Source of the DNA: Magallana gigas
Taxonomy: Eukaryota
Length of the DNA stretch: 64,000 bases
Reading direction: 5' to 3'
NCBI RefSeq assembly: GCF_963853765.1
Contig: NC_088857.1
Coordinates: forward strand, 36,704,001 to 36,768,000
Below, piece by piece: positions 1-12,089 of the stretch (position 1 is its first letter; each line of letters begins with the position of its first letter). Made by a program: the position numbers and the translations under genes. The notes under the pieces are model-generated. The model did no database searches. It was not told the DNA's origin and was given only the letters and a program-made list of their open reading frames with translations.

Positions 1-314
1 GTGTTTATTGCGCACAAAAATCTGCACTAGTTTTGGACGGGTCAACCTTATTTACACGCAAATTCCGTGGAAAAAATTAGCAATGTTAAATTCTTTATGC
101 AAATTTACTACTGATATCATCTCTATACTTGCCTGATTAGACTTTCTCTGGAACACGCTACCTACCTCGGAAAATTAAGTTTGTTAAATTTACATTGAGA
201 TCGAGAGTCACCATTTGTACATGTAAACAAACTACATCACTTCAATTTACAGGGCTGGTGATGATGTTTAAAAGACTATCATGCAGAGGCAAGTAAAGTG
301 ACAATATCAATACT

Positions 315-454
315 GCGGGTGACCAGTTCTCGCCGAGTACCATTTCTCGCCAGTACATTGTGACGTCATTTTATCAACACATAAAATTATAGACAAAAAA
401 TGACAATCAAAATGTACTGGCGAAATTGGTACTCGGCGAGAACTGGTCGCACGC
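315..454. mobile_element. Short palindromic (foldback/MITE-like) element, ~140 bp
   Basis: GACCAGTTCTCGCCGAGTACCATTTCTCGCCAGTACATT (321-359) is nearly the reverse complement of AATGTACTGGCGAAATTGGTACTCGGCGAGAACTGGTC (411-448). No clear TSD. Confidence 0.55.
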
Positions 455-1559
455 TATTAGTAAATTGCATGAAGAATTTAATGGTACTAATTTTTTCCAC
501 AGAATTTGTCAATGATAACAAACAAGGTTTCAGATCAGGAGATACAGACCTGCAGCTTAAGATCCATAAATATTATTTATCAATTTTTTGTGACTTAATT
601 TGTTGGGTTAGTATTTATTTATCTAGAATGTTAGTTTGTGTCTGATACAAGAATGGTCACAGTTCACTGTTTAAATGTTAAATAAATGAGATATATGTAC
701 TATAGACATTAATAGCTATATTATACATGTAGATATATTTATTTATATCTACTTTACAATTATATAAATTTGACCCAATTTTGTAAACCAAAAAAAACCC
801 AACTAATTAAAGTAAATTTGAGTATATATCGGATGTCCTGGATATAAGTTTACAAATACATTCTATGTAGACTATGTAACCCTAGCTTAATTGAACAGAA
901 CTCGTGGTGCTGTGTGACAACCGGTTCTGGCAAATCTCGTAATCACCATGACCAAGATCCAAGGTGTAACGTTACCGTAAAACTTAATATTGGGAAATAT
1001 TGCTGATGAATAACACGTTACAAATCACTGATGAAAATTGTTAACGGAGAATACTCTGCTTGAATATTTCTAAATATATCCTAGCATCCAACTATTTCAA
1101 GAGCTGTCAAAACAAAAACGATATCATTTTTCGTGTCATACTGTTGTTTATAATGAATAAAGAGAATAAATAAGCTACTTAATTTCAAAATATTATATAT
1201 ACCTTTCAAAAGAATCTGCTTGGAAAATACACAGGTATCACGATCTATATCTACTGACCACTTGGGCGTGTTTTGCTTTCTCCCAATGCGACAGCACCAT
1301 CTAGCGGACACACTATTCATAGAATCTCGATACCGAGCCCGATTTCACAATCGATTCTGAAACTCGTGACTAAACAAGTTGAATGTGGGTGGGTTTGCAA
1401 TTCATCCATATCATTATTCAATAAAATACGCCAAAAATTGCATCATTCATATTTTACTAATATTTTTCACTTTAACTTGTACATTTTTTTAAATTGTTTA
1501 AGAGGTTTTTTTTTCTATTAAAGGCTGAGCCAACCCTTAAGAAACATTTATGAGTTTAT

Positions 1560-2400
1560 AATACATGTATTGTTTTCTACTCTAAGGAATGCTATGATAA
1601 ATTATTCAGATTGTTAAAACGGAAAATTTTCAACCACTTCTTTAAATATTGTAAATAAAAAAAGAAAATAAGAGAGAACAACCTAAAATCACTTCATGTG
1701 AATAACTGGTTCAGACGAATAAAAGCAAGAGTGTTTAATTTATAGTGATGCTAAATATCTAAAATAAAATTAAAATCATTGCATTGGATAGGAAGTATCA
1801 GGGTATAGCTACCGTATAATAATGACCAGAATATTCGCAAATATATGTTATTGGATGTTTTTCTCCCTTAAGTGGAATGCAACTTTTCTATTGCAAAGTA
1901 CAATACATGTATATTGTTTCACAATCATTTCAGCCATCGGCTAAATTAAATATCATAAATAGATGTATAAAAAAAAACCAAAAAACATTTCTTTGTAATA
2001 TATGTATTGGTTTTTTCTAGGTAATTCTGAAAAAAAAATACTCATATTATCAAAACGGGAAATTTTCATCCAATTCTTTAAATATTGTACAAAAAAACTT
2101 AAATCTCTCCATGTGATTAACTGGCTCAGACGAATAAAAGCGAGAGAGTTTAATTTATATTTATAGTAATGCTAAATATTGAAAATAAAATCATTGCATT
2201 GGATAGGAAGTATAAGGTTGATATAGCTACGGTATAATTAGGGCAAAAAAAGCCCATATAGATGTAATTGAATGGTTTTTCTCGCATCACATGCATGCAA
2301 TTTTACTATTGCAAAGTACAAAATATTGTCTCACAATTATGTTCAGCTATCAGCTACATTGAATTATAAATCAGCCATCAGCTACATTGTATTATAAATA
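1560..2400. repeat. Diverged direct tandem duplication, period ~415 bp
   Basis: CAGACGAATAAAAGC occurs at 1712 and 2127. AAAATCATTGCATTGGATAGGAAGTAT and CTATTGCAAAGTACAA also recur at about the same spacing. Confidence 0.7.
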
Positions 2401-2464
2401 TGAAAAAATTGATTAAAGATTTTAATTGTGTTGTTTCAAGAATATCCCTTTTAATGACTTGTTG

Positions 2465-3790
2465 AATTTACAAAAATGAGCTAAACATAGTTTTATAGTT
2501 AATATTAAACTTGGTTCAGTGGCGGATTCAAGAGGGGGGCGCACCATACTCCTATTAATCATACTGCTTCTCGCAAAGAAAATGTACAACTTGCGAGCCT
2601 TTATCTTTTAATTATCAACCTTTTTGGAAACTCTTCGGATTTCTCTATAATAGACTGATTTCAACGGTGTAGTATGAAGAAAACTTGTGGGTTCAATGTG
2701 TAACGTATATAGAAAACCCATTTTAGTTTATACGCTCTCCGTGGGTTCAAACGAGACCAGTTACCCACCTTCAAGTAATTAGTCACACTATCTATTGTTT
2801 TAACGACTCTTCCATGTTGTAATACAAAATACCCTAAAAGTGTCATGATGTAAATTTTGAATTTACCAGGTGGCAGTAAATACAAAATTTAAATGACAAA
2901 AGTATGAATTTGAAGCCTTCATTTTTACCCTACAAAATCTCTATAATTCATGAGCTTCCGGGGGTTTCGACGGCCCCAGACCGCCTGCCTAAAACTCAGT
3001 GGGCGCCCCGGGCCTCTTACCTCAAATCCTGGAACCGCCCCTGAGGTTTATCGTATGCACGTAAACTACATTTTACTCACTCACTCACTCAATCCTCTCT
3101 GCGCCATCAGGTGCTTGAGGCGTCTACAAGGCTTTCCACCTGGCTCGGTCTGCAGCAACTCTAGGTGCTGTCTCCATGGACAGGCCTCTGCTTTTAAGAT
3201 CTTTAAGGGCAGTTCTTCTCCAGGTCTCCTTTGGCCGGCCTAAGTGCCGAATCGTTATAAACTTAATTAATTATAGTTATCATCTGTAAAACTATATTGA
3301 ACGGATGTAAACTACAGTTTACGAATGCTAGTGTAAATTAATCTTTCTGAAAAAGCAGTAGATTTTGCGTCTGTTATAACTGTTAATCACAGTTTCACAA
3401 TTCGCAAAGCTATATTTATTAGATAACTCTAATTATAATCAAGAGTTGTTAACCGTAGTTTAAAATCGTAAAATCAAATTGATCCTGCGGATAAACTATG
3501 TTTTGCAATCGGAAATAAGTGGTTGTTTTCAGTGTTAATTAATATAGTTATATTCTCCTTCACTTCGTTCGTCCGAATGTAAAATAATTATACTCTATTA
3601 TAGTATGAATATCAGGTGCTGAACCATTAAAAATTACAAACTCATAAAATTAATATGAATCGCTGAAACATAGATTATTACGTTAACGATCATGGTTTAC
3701 ATAGTAACATGAAATATAGATTAACGTCGTTTACTTTACAGACCACAGTTCGTAAATAATAGTTTACAGTTGCACGATTACTTTACAATT
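2465..3790. mobile_element. Degenerate copy of the AAACTATAGTTTAC palindromic element family (same as 9150-10342), interrupted by a MITE
   Basis: CAAAAATGAGCTAAACATAGTTT near 2470 and AAACTA(T/C)AGTTTAC-type subrepeats at 3250-3790 match the element at 9150-10342. Confidence 0.5.
2517..3043. mobile_element. Non-autonomous DNA element (MITE) with CAG(T/G)GGCGG termini and G/C-rich subtermini
   Basis: Left end CAGTGGCGGATTCAAG, right end CCTGGAACCGCCCCTG. Flanks TGGTT/AGGTT form an imperfect 5-bp TSD. Confidence 0.6.
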
Positions 3791-3832
3791 AAATTAATTA
3801 GTGTCTAAAAATGAACTCAACATACCACATGC

Positions 3833-3960
3833 ACATGTAGATTACAAGCTACTTGGCATCTCTCTCTCACATGAACATGTATATTACAAGCTACATGGCA
3901 TCTCTCTCTCCTCTCTCTCTCTCTCACAAGTAGATTACAAGCTACATGGTATATCTCTCC
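3833..3960. repeat. Short tandem repeat (~3 units of ATTACAAGCTAC(A/T)TGG plus CT tract)
   Basis: ATTACAAGCTAC occurs at about 3841, 3883 and 3935, each followed by a (CT)n run. Confidence 0.6.
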
Positions 3961-5233
3961 TATCGCTTAGTTAATTAATTAATTTATTTATTATCTTTGT
4001 AGGAGAAGACCCATACAAGTTTGGTATATTTATTACAGCTAAGAAACAGTGAATCTGTGATCATAATGTCAACTCTCTCTCTCTATAAGTTTGTAAAATA
4101 TAAAGAAAAGGAGCATGTTCATGTTTATTATTTGTTTGTTACAAAAAGAGTACAAAGACTTCTAGGTACAAATGTACATTGATATATTATATACAGACAA
4201 ATATTGGAAGAATAATTAATTTGTTGCACTTGAAGATATCGTCGAAAAATGGCACATTCTATAGCAACATCATAAAAGTTATTCCCCTTGATTTTTAATC
4301 ACATTCTTTTAAAAGAAAATTCCTTCTCAGTGAAGCTTGTTTTAATTTTGTGTAGGGTGAAGGGGGTGAGAAAATTGATATACCTGTATATAAAAATTAG
4401 CATTTTAATAAATGATTATTACATAAATCTAATTTAGCAAATGATAAAAAAGTTGAAAGGTTTATGAAGCATTTCATATTATTCACATTGCAACATACTG
4501 ATTGATTTTTTGTCCAATTACATAAAAAATGGAACATTTAAAGGAGCTTGTAAAGAAGAAAGCAATAAAACTTTTTAAAAATGTTTTTAAGAGGTCAATA
4601 CAATATATAATTCTTTTTCCATTCCATTCATAACAATTTGGTTTGCGGCATCCATGCAATGGAAAATCATATCCAACAATGATAAAATAATCACATGCTT
4701 TGATATGTCAATATAAAAATCATGATATTGATTAATGGGTACATTTACAAATGACAGCTAAAATTCATTGTTATATACAAAATATATATGCTAAAAATTT
4801 GTCAGACCAGTATAGTGTATTTATCTCAGAATGACATTAAAATATATGGCAGAATTCCCTTATGAAAACCCAGTTTTAGAAATTGCAAAAAAGCATACCA
4901 ATAGAGTACCAGTATTTCCCTGACACTTTAAAAAAGAACAAATTCTAGCAGCATCAATAAATTACATACCGGTAATACTTATAAGGAAAAAAATATTTAA
5001 AATCAGAAATTTGATTCTTTGTAAATCTGAGCACTTTTCATATCTAAAGTACCTTAACCACAATATATATATATGTTGCATATATATCACTTTCATATAT
5101 ATTTTCACAGTCCTCCAAATACACATATTTCAACTGTCTGGACTATGTGTTCAAGTTCTAAGAATAATTATAAATATGAACCACATGCAAGAACTAAGGA
5201 ATGTATCTTGTACAATGATTAGCCCAATGCCCT

Positions 5234-6430
5234 CTAGTAGTAGAACTTCATGTGGTAGTGGATGAGTTGTGCTGCTATCAGGAGCAGGACTATAATCATT
5301 GATATGATCCCACCCATCGCTGTGCCTTTGGCGTACGCCCCGTACTTGGACGCCTTGATGTATTTACACCTGTTGAAGTAGTCCTTGGACATTTCTGAAA
5401 TTATTGAAAAATACATTCTTATGCCATCCTGATGTCGAGCAAATATGTGTGTAACTGAAAATTCTCAATTATCTCAAGAGTTCATGGATAGATCATATCA
5501 ATGGCAAGACAAGGATTATTGATAGGGTTAATTGGATTTTCACTTCTGATATATGCTTTATGTACATTCACAGAGTCATTCATAGTAAGGTTGATAAATT
5601 GAAATATTCAGTTTTTCAGAATCTTGAATATAAGATGTACAGTATTTTTTTTTAAAGAAATGTTTCATTGGGTATGAACTTTGTATGTGATCAAATATGA
5701 TTTAATTGGGAAACCCGAGTACCTTCCAGCTTTAAATGATTTGAAATCATCAAAAATCCTCTGATAATTATAAGCTTTATTCCTCTCTTCATCATGAGAG
5801 TGTGATAGACAGAAGAACAAAGCATAATTTGATATTATCAAATAAAGGACTAAGTGCGGTTTTATGCAATTTTTGCCCCCCAAAATCAAAGTATTAGAAA
5901 GAGCTTTAAAATAAGGTGAAAGATAGTTTAAATCATATTGGAAATAAAGGTGTAAAAGGTTATCACCACAGTGACGTCATAATGTAGAAATGACGTCATG
6001 AATATTGCATTATTTTGATAAATTGATGTTTTGTAGCAAAATATGGGTGTTTTCCGATGGTTTTTCGACTGGGAAACACCGAGCGCAGGATTGCTCAAGT
6101 ACCATTTTTTAGCATAATATGTATAACTATCTGAAGAAAAACATATGTTAAAATCGCACTTGAGCAGACCTGCGCTCTATTCTTCCGAATGCAAAATATA
6201 GAGCAAAAATGAGAATATCTTCATTTGTTTGCAAATTTGCGGGAATTAGGTCATTTAAGTGACGTCATAGATAAACAGCGAGTGAGCAATGATGACTAAA
6301 ATCATGATTAAAGTTATAGGCATCCTCTTTACAATGATTTGTGAAGATTTCATTTTCATACGATACTACTTAAAAATTGGTTGAAATCGGGGGCAGATAT
6401 TTGACCATACCGCACATATTCCTTTGTGCA

Positions 6431-6478
<48 letters not shown>

Positions 6479-6897
6479 GTCATTATCAATGATATGTGAC
6501 AGGAATAATAAAAAAAGATTTTTTTATGGTTATGTAATTCTCATTCAGTCTCTATGAGCAAGATAAATTGTCTATAAAAGAGTTTTTTCTTTGAATACCA
6601 ATACTCACGTGAAAGAAAAATTGCAATGACTCCAAAAATAGGATTTATGAATACAGAAAACATGGCAATTCCAAAATTATCAGCTGGTCTCTTTTCAGGG
6701 TTTGGTGCGTTTTGAACAATTGGGAGGAATGTTGAGGCCTGGGAGGGGGTGTACATGGACAGTAAACTCTTGTGACTGCCATAGGGGGTGATGGACGCCT
6801 GAGAGGAGTAGTAGGAGGGGTACTGTCGCAGTTCATACATGCTCCCCGTTTCCGACTCGGAGGCATAGCCCCGAGGCTGTGACAAATACTGTGACAT
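5234..6897 (-). CDS. CD225/dispanin (IFITM/PRRT/SynDIG-like) family membrane protein, 2 coding exons, ~149 aa
   Basis: Exons 6897-6609 and 5394-5234 are joined by a phase-1 GT-AG intron (TCAC|GTGAGT ... TTTCAG|AAATG). The product has RPADNFGIAMFSVFINPIFGVIAIFLSQMSKDYFNRCKYIKASKYGAYAKGTAMGGIISMIIVLLLIAAQ, which fits the P-x-D/N..hydrophobic..P.G..AI..S..A..hydrophobic layout of CD225. Confidence 0.82.
5947..6424. mobile_element. Putative non-autonomous DNA element (Kolobok-like AAAGG...CCTTT ends) in the CD225 intron
   Basis: TAAAGG at the left and TATTCCTTT at the right. The TTAA TSD is not intact. Classification is inferred from the termini only. Confidence 0.3.
6436..6475. repeat. (TC)20 microsatellite
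   Basis: Directly visible. Confidence 0.95.
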
Positions 6898-8299
6898 GAT
6901 GACAGTTGTTTACTGTGATAGTCTGAAATAGAAAAAAAAAATTGTTTTTGGTGAGTTATAAAGAACTGCAATTGCAAGCAAGTCAAAATTGTAAATATTT
7001 AATGCAATATCTATTCATTCTACTCCTTTTTTTCTTGCAACTTCAGGAAAAAGACATACTTAGTTATTTTAATCAGTATGTGCAAGGTCAGATTAAATTT
7101 TAGAACAGACACTGTAATAGTGTGATCACATTAATAACATGTTTATGGGAAAATTAAAATTTGCAAAGCAAAAGTACCCAGTAAGGTATTTTTTAGCTGT
7201 GTGTTTGAGAAGACACAGAGATATACTGAGGAGTCAGGACAGGAAATTTGTGTTGAAATATGTCTTATATTGGTGGATACATTGGGGGATCCCTAGAAAC
7301 ATACAACATTGCTGAAGCAAAGAAATTTCCAGTCAGTAACCAGAGATATAAATAACATTTATGAGATTGGCAACTGATTGAAATCTTGCTGTCCCTGTTG
7401 TTTAAATCAGGGTATCTTTCTAATAAAAAAATATATCAAAATATAAACAGCTAAATCCTACTACCAAAACATTCAAAATATTATATTTTCATGAGTTTAT
7501 GTCTTATGAACAATATCAAAAGAGGAGTTTTAGGAGGCAGTCGTGGCTACCCATCATCCTAGATTTTGCTGGTGTTTTATAGCTGGCCTATATATTTTCT
7601 ATATATCAGTCTTATTTTTCAATTTTTTGTCACAAAGATTTCTAAATTCTATGCACATTTTTCATAAAACAATAAACTTTTGGTTTAAGATCAATTTACT
7701 AATATGTAGTTCTCAAAGTAACGTCCATTTTTCAACAACAAAACACACTAATGGCGGAGTTGCCAATCTCTGTTATTTATGTCTCTGCAGAAACTGATTG
7801 TGTCTTTCCCAGCACACAGATTTAAAAAATTGCCATATTTATCTTCTTATAAAGTTTAGTAATGATATATCAAAATTTCAGATTTTCAATATTAAAAATA
7901 GAATAATTTTTACATCTGTATATTAAATATCTCATTTAGAATATTGTATCCTAAACATTGTTTTGAATTAAGTTTGGCTATTTGGTCCCAGCCTGGTAAA
8001 AGTTGCAAAGTAGTAAAAACAAAAAAGAAAGGAAAGTGGTTATTAATATAATGACCAAAAATACTTCATTGACAATTAAATATTTAGCTATTAGTATGAA
8101 ACAACAAAATACTTTACATTTTAATTCAGTAAAAAACACCGAGATACCTGTGTGAACATAATATATAAACATTTATGCTGCGTGATTACCAAACGCGGAA
8201 TTGAAACGCATTGCATTACCTGTGTTCAGGTATTGGTCACACAAGGGAACCTAAAACTCATTTATTAACTTTTATCATAATTGAAAATATTATTCTTAC

Positions 8300-8442
8300 T
8301 CTTCTTGACGCTGAAGCTCTTGTCACATCTGCTTCAATTCAAACGTGAAACTTTTTTTCTACATTATTTTCAAACCATCCAGCCATTGCAGGTAAAACGG
8401 AAGTGAAGCGGAAGTTTATGAGTATATAAGTGGGCATGCGCA
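8300..8442 (-). promoter_or_regulatory. Candidate promoter and first non-coding exon of the CD225 gene
   Basis: Two ETS motifs CGGAAGT (8398, 8409) and an NRF1-like GCATGCGCA (8434-8442). A minus-strand donor AGA|GTAAGA lies at 8300/8299, and a strong minus-strand acceptor lies at 6923 just upstream of the CD225 ATG. Confidence 0.4.
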
Positions 8443-8568
8443 CAGGTGAGAAATACATGACACATGAATCACACCTTTATTTTACGTTTGTATACTATTC
8501 AGTACCCCCACCCCCTTAAGAAACACAAAGGCAAATAACTTTGCATACACTAAACAGGAGCTATATGT

Positions 8569-8706
8569 NNNNNNNNNNNNNNNNNNNNNNNNNNNNNNNN
8601 NNNNNNNNNNNNNNNNNNNNNNNNNNNNNNNNNNNNNNNNNNNNNNNNNNNNNNNNNNNNNNNNNNNNNNNNNNNNNNNNNNNNNNNNNNNNNNNNNNNN
8701 NNNNNN
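8569..8706. other. Assembly gap (N run)
   Basis: Directly visible. Confidence 1.
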
Positions 8707-9149
8707 CTATTCATTGTCTGCTGAAAAGTTAATACATTAAAATCGATTTTTATAAGTAAATAAATAAATGTAGAAAAATTATACTTCATACGACATAACA
8801 TTGTATTGATTATGCATATGGAAAAACACTGAAATTCAATATATATGTTTTGGCCTGTGTGGTATACCAAATCTACGCATGCATCAATGGTATTTTAACT
8901 CTTATTTAAAACAAAAGATATAAATCTTATATCGATATTATCTAAAATTCTTTTTTTTTATCTCTCAATAGAATGTTGAATAATTGAGATACAAAATAAT
9001 TTTTATTTACCTTAATCTTTAAAAAAAATTCTCGAGTAGTAGACAGCAACACATATGACCCCCCCCCCCCACCCAAAGACTGTCCATCTTTCTTATTTAT
9101 ACATTTAACCTCAAGCAATTTTTTTTGGTTGGGGTGGATGATAGATAAA

Positions 9150-10342
9150 TATGGCACGCCAAATTCACAAAAATGAGCTAAACATAGTTTCACAGTCGAT
9201 AAACTAGGTTTATCAGCTGTTAACTATAGTTTACGGATCCTAAACTATAGTTAACGATTGGTTAACTATAGTTTACATCTGTGAAACTATATTTCACGAA
9301 TGTAAACTATAGTTTACGAATGATAATCATAGTTTATCTATCTGTAAAAAACGTTAACAATAGATTTTGCTGATAAATATATATTCACATTTGTTAATTA
9401 TAATTTACAATCGTAAACTATAGTTAAGAGTTGTTAATTATAGTTTCACAAATCGTGAAACTATATTTATCAGACAAATTCACAAAAATGAGCTAAACAT
9501 AGTTTCACAGTCGATAAACTAGGTTTATCGACTGTTAACTATAGTTTACGGATCGAAAACTATAGTTAACGACGTTAATCTATATTTCACGTTTGTAAAC
9601 TATAGTTAACGCGATAATCTATGTTTCATATCTGTAAACTGTAGTTAACACTGAAAACAATCATTTGCGATTGTTAAACATAGTTTATCTGATAAATATA
9701 GTTTCACCATTGTGAAACTATGATTAACAACTCTAAACTATAGTTCACGAATGCAAGTTGTGCATAGTTTATCTGATAAATATAGTTTCACAATCGTGAA
9801 ACTATATTTATCAACTCTAAGCTATAGTTTACGAATGTAAACTATAGTTTACAGATGTGAATCTATATCTACCAGCAAAATCTATTGTTAACGTGTATTT
9901 CCAGACAGAAAAACATAGATTTGCATTCGTAAACTATAGTTTACAGACGTGAAATATAGATTAACGTCGGTAACTATAGTTTATGGTCCGTAAACTATAG
10001 TTAACAGCCGATAAACCTAGTTTATCACTGTGAAACTATGTTTTGCTTATTTATGTGAATTTGGCGTGCTTTAGATTTGTAAACCGTAGTTTACTGATCA
10101 TAAAACCCTATTTATCAGATAAACTATGTTTAACAACCGCAAATGATTGTTTTCAGTGTTAACTATAGTTTACAGATGTGAAACATAGATTATCGCGTTA
10201 ACTATAGTTTACAGATGTGAAAAATAGATTAACGTCGGTAACTATAGTTTACGATCCGTTAACTATAGTTAACAGTCGATAAACCTAGTTTATCGACTGT
10301 GAAACTATGTTTAGCTCATTTTTGTGAATTTGGCGTGCCATA
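9150..10342. mobile_element. Palindromic non-autonomous DNA transposon, TATGG...CCATA termini, probable IS3EU-type
   Basis: Long TIR TATGGCACGCCAAATTCACAAAAATGAGCTAAACATAGTTTCACAGTCGATAAACTAGG is matched at both ends. Flanks are GATAAA/GATATA (6-bp TSD, 1 mismatch). There are internal repeats of the terminal blocks near 9475 and 10030-10070. Confidence 0.7.
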
Positions 10343-11368
10343 GATATACATTACAAATACAAATATTTTCGTTTCTTTACAAAAGAGTGATACATATTTT
10401 CCTTATTTATTAATTTACTTATTTTTTGCGCCAGCTCTGTTCCTGTTGCGATTTGTCTAAAACGCTTTAATATCAATATTACCTTTCACATATATCATAA
10501 ATTTCAAACAGAAAAAGTGGGCAAGCTCACAACCCCATGCTTCTCCATTATTTGACAATTCTATTTGTACATAATAAATGGCAGGATAAGCATTAAGTAC
10601 ACAACATAAATTGAAATTAAAAGAGGCAAAAATCATTGCATGAATATGCTTATGTATACTTTTGTTTTTATAAAATAACAAAATACAATGGCCAGAATTT
10701 CCGAAATTATTCCCAGAAATATAATAAAAAGGAATTGGGAATTTCTTACCTTGCAATAATGTAGCCCTCTCCGATTTTTATATCTGATGTTAACTCCAAA
10801 AAGAAAATCAAAAAAATCGGGAGGGCTACATTATTGCAGCTAGGAATTTCTGGTAAAATGCACATACATATACACATATTATTTCCGAAATATCTATGAA
10901 GTTTCCCGAATTCCAATGCAGTACATCTTCCCAAGTCAACGGAGTTTCTTATAAACTGTTTCACACTATATTAATATTCAATATAGGCCAAAAATTCCCA
11001 ATTCCCACAATTTTGACTAATGTTGAGTGGGGAGAATGTACAAAATATGACGTACGAAATTGATCTGACAGAAAATCTCTTCTATGCACGAACGGGAGCA
11101 ATGAAATTGGTACCAATTCCAAAAATATTAAAAGTCCAATTTCATTGATATATTCAGTGACGTATATAATATCGGAAGGTTTACAGCAATGTGTTTACAA
11201 TAAATCTTTCGTGTTAAAATATTATTTGATACTAAGATATCGACTCTAAGACACTCTTCGCAATGAACTACATTATACATGGACTTAATCTTTTGCAAGA
11301 GTTGTCTTTCTTTTCTTGAAAACAAAACAGTTTCAAATCCCTTTCTCATTTTGTCAAATAAGGATCTT

Positions 11369-11563
11369 CATGCGCGGATCCAGAAAATGTTTCGGGGGGG
11401 GGGGGGGGGGGGGGGTCTGACGATTTTCTGCGTTTGCCGGGGCGGTGGGGGTTCCGAGGCATATTTTTGGTGATTTTACAATGCAAATTTAAAGAAATGG
11501 GAATTTAGCAGGAAGCGAGGGGGATCTGCTGGACCCCCCCTCCCCCTTCTAGATCCGCTCATG
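11369..11563. mobile_element. MITE with CATGCGCGGATC TIR, poly-G core, 5-bp TSD
   Basis: CATGCGCGGATCCAG ... CTAGATCCGCTCATG, with ATCTT on both flanks (11364-68, 11564-68). Confidence 0.75.
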
Positions 11564-12089
11564 ATCTTGTTTAGTTATATAGTACACTTTATATCGAGTG
11601 AAGGGATAAGAGGAACAAAGCTCAGAAATATTTCCTTTAAAAAAACTCCCATAAATAATAACTTTGATATTATATCAGTTGGAAATAACAAAAGTTTCAA
11701 TGATATATATTATTTGATACATGTTCACTGAATATACTCCTATACTCCAGTACCATTCTCCTTTCGACTTTCCCTAAATTAAGAATAAACTTATACTGTA
11801 TATATTTAAACAAAAGAACTTGTCCAACAACTTTGCATCTGTTATCCAATGTATTTCCAATAATTTCAGATTTAAATTGAGTAAGACGATAAAATATGTT
11901 TTATCAAAGTTTTATACAATAATCCAGCTTAAAATTCAGTTTAAAATGCACACATTTATAAAAAATAGGCACAACATTTTGTATAACAACTTCTCTTTCT
12001 GAAACAGATTTGATAGAAATCAACAAACATGTAAATGATATACAGATAAGTAACAATGGTGTATTGATGTGTAAAAGTCTGGGCTTTTA

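Noticed and set aside
8541-8870. ORFs spanning N runs (also 37718-38006 and 38965-39300)
   Set aside because: They are open only because N codons are not stops.
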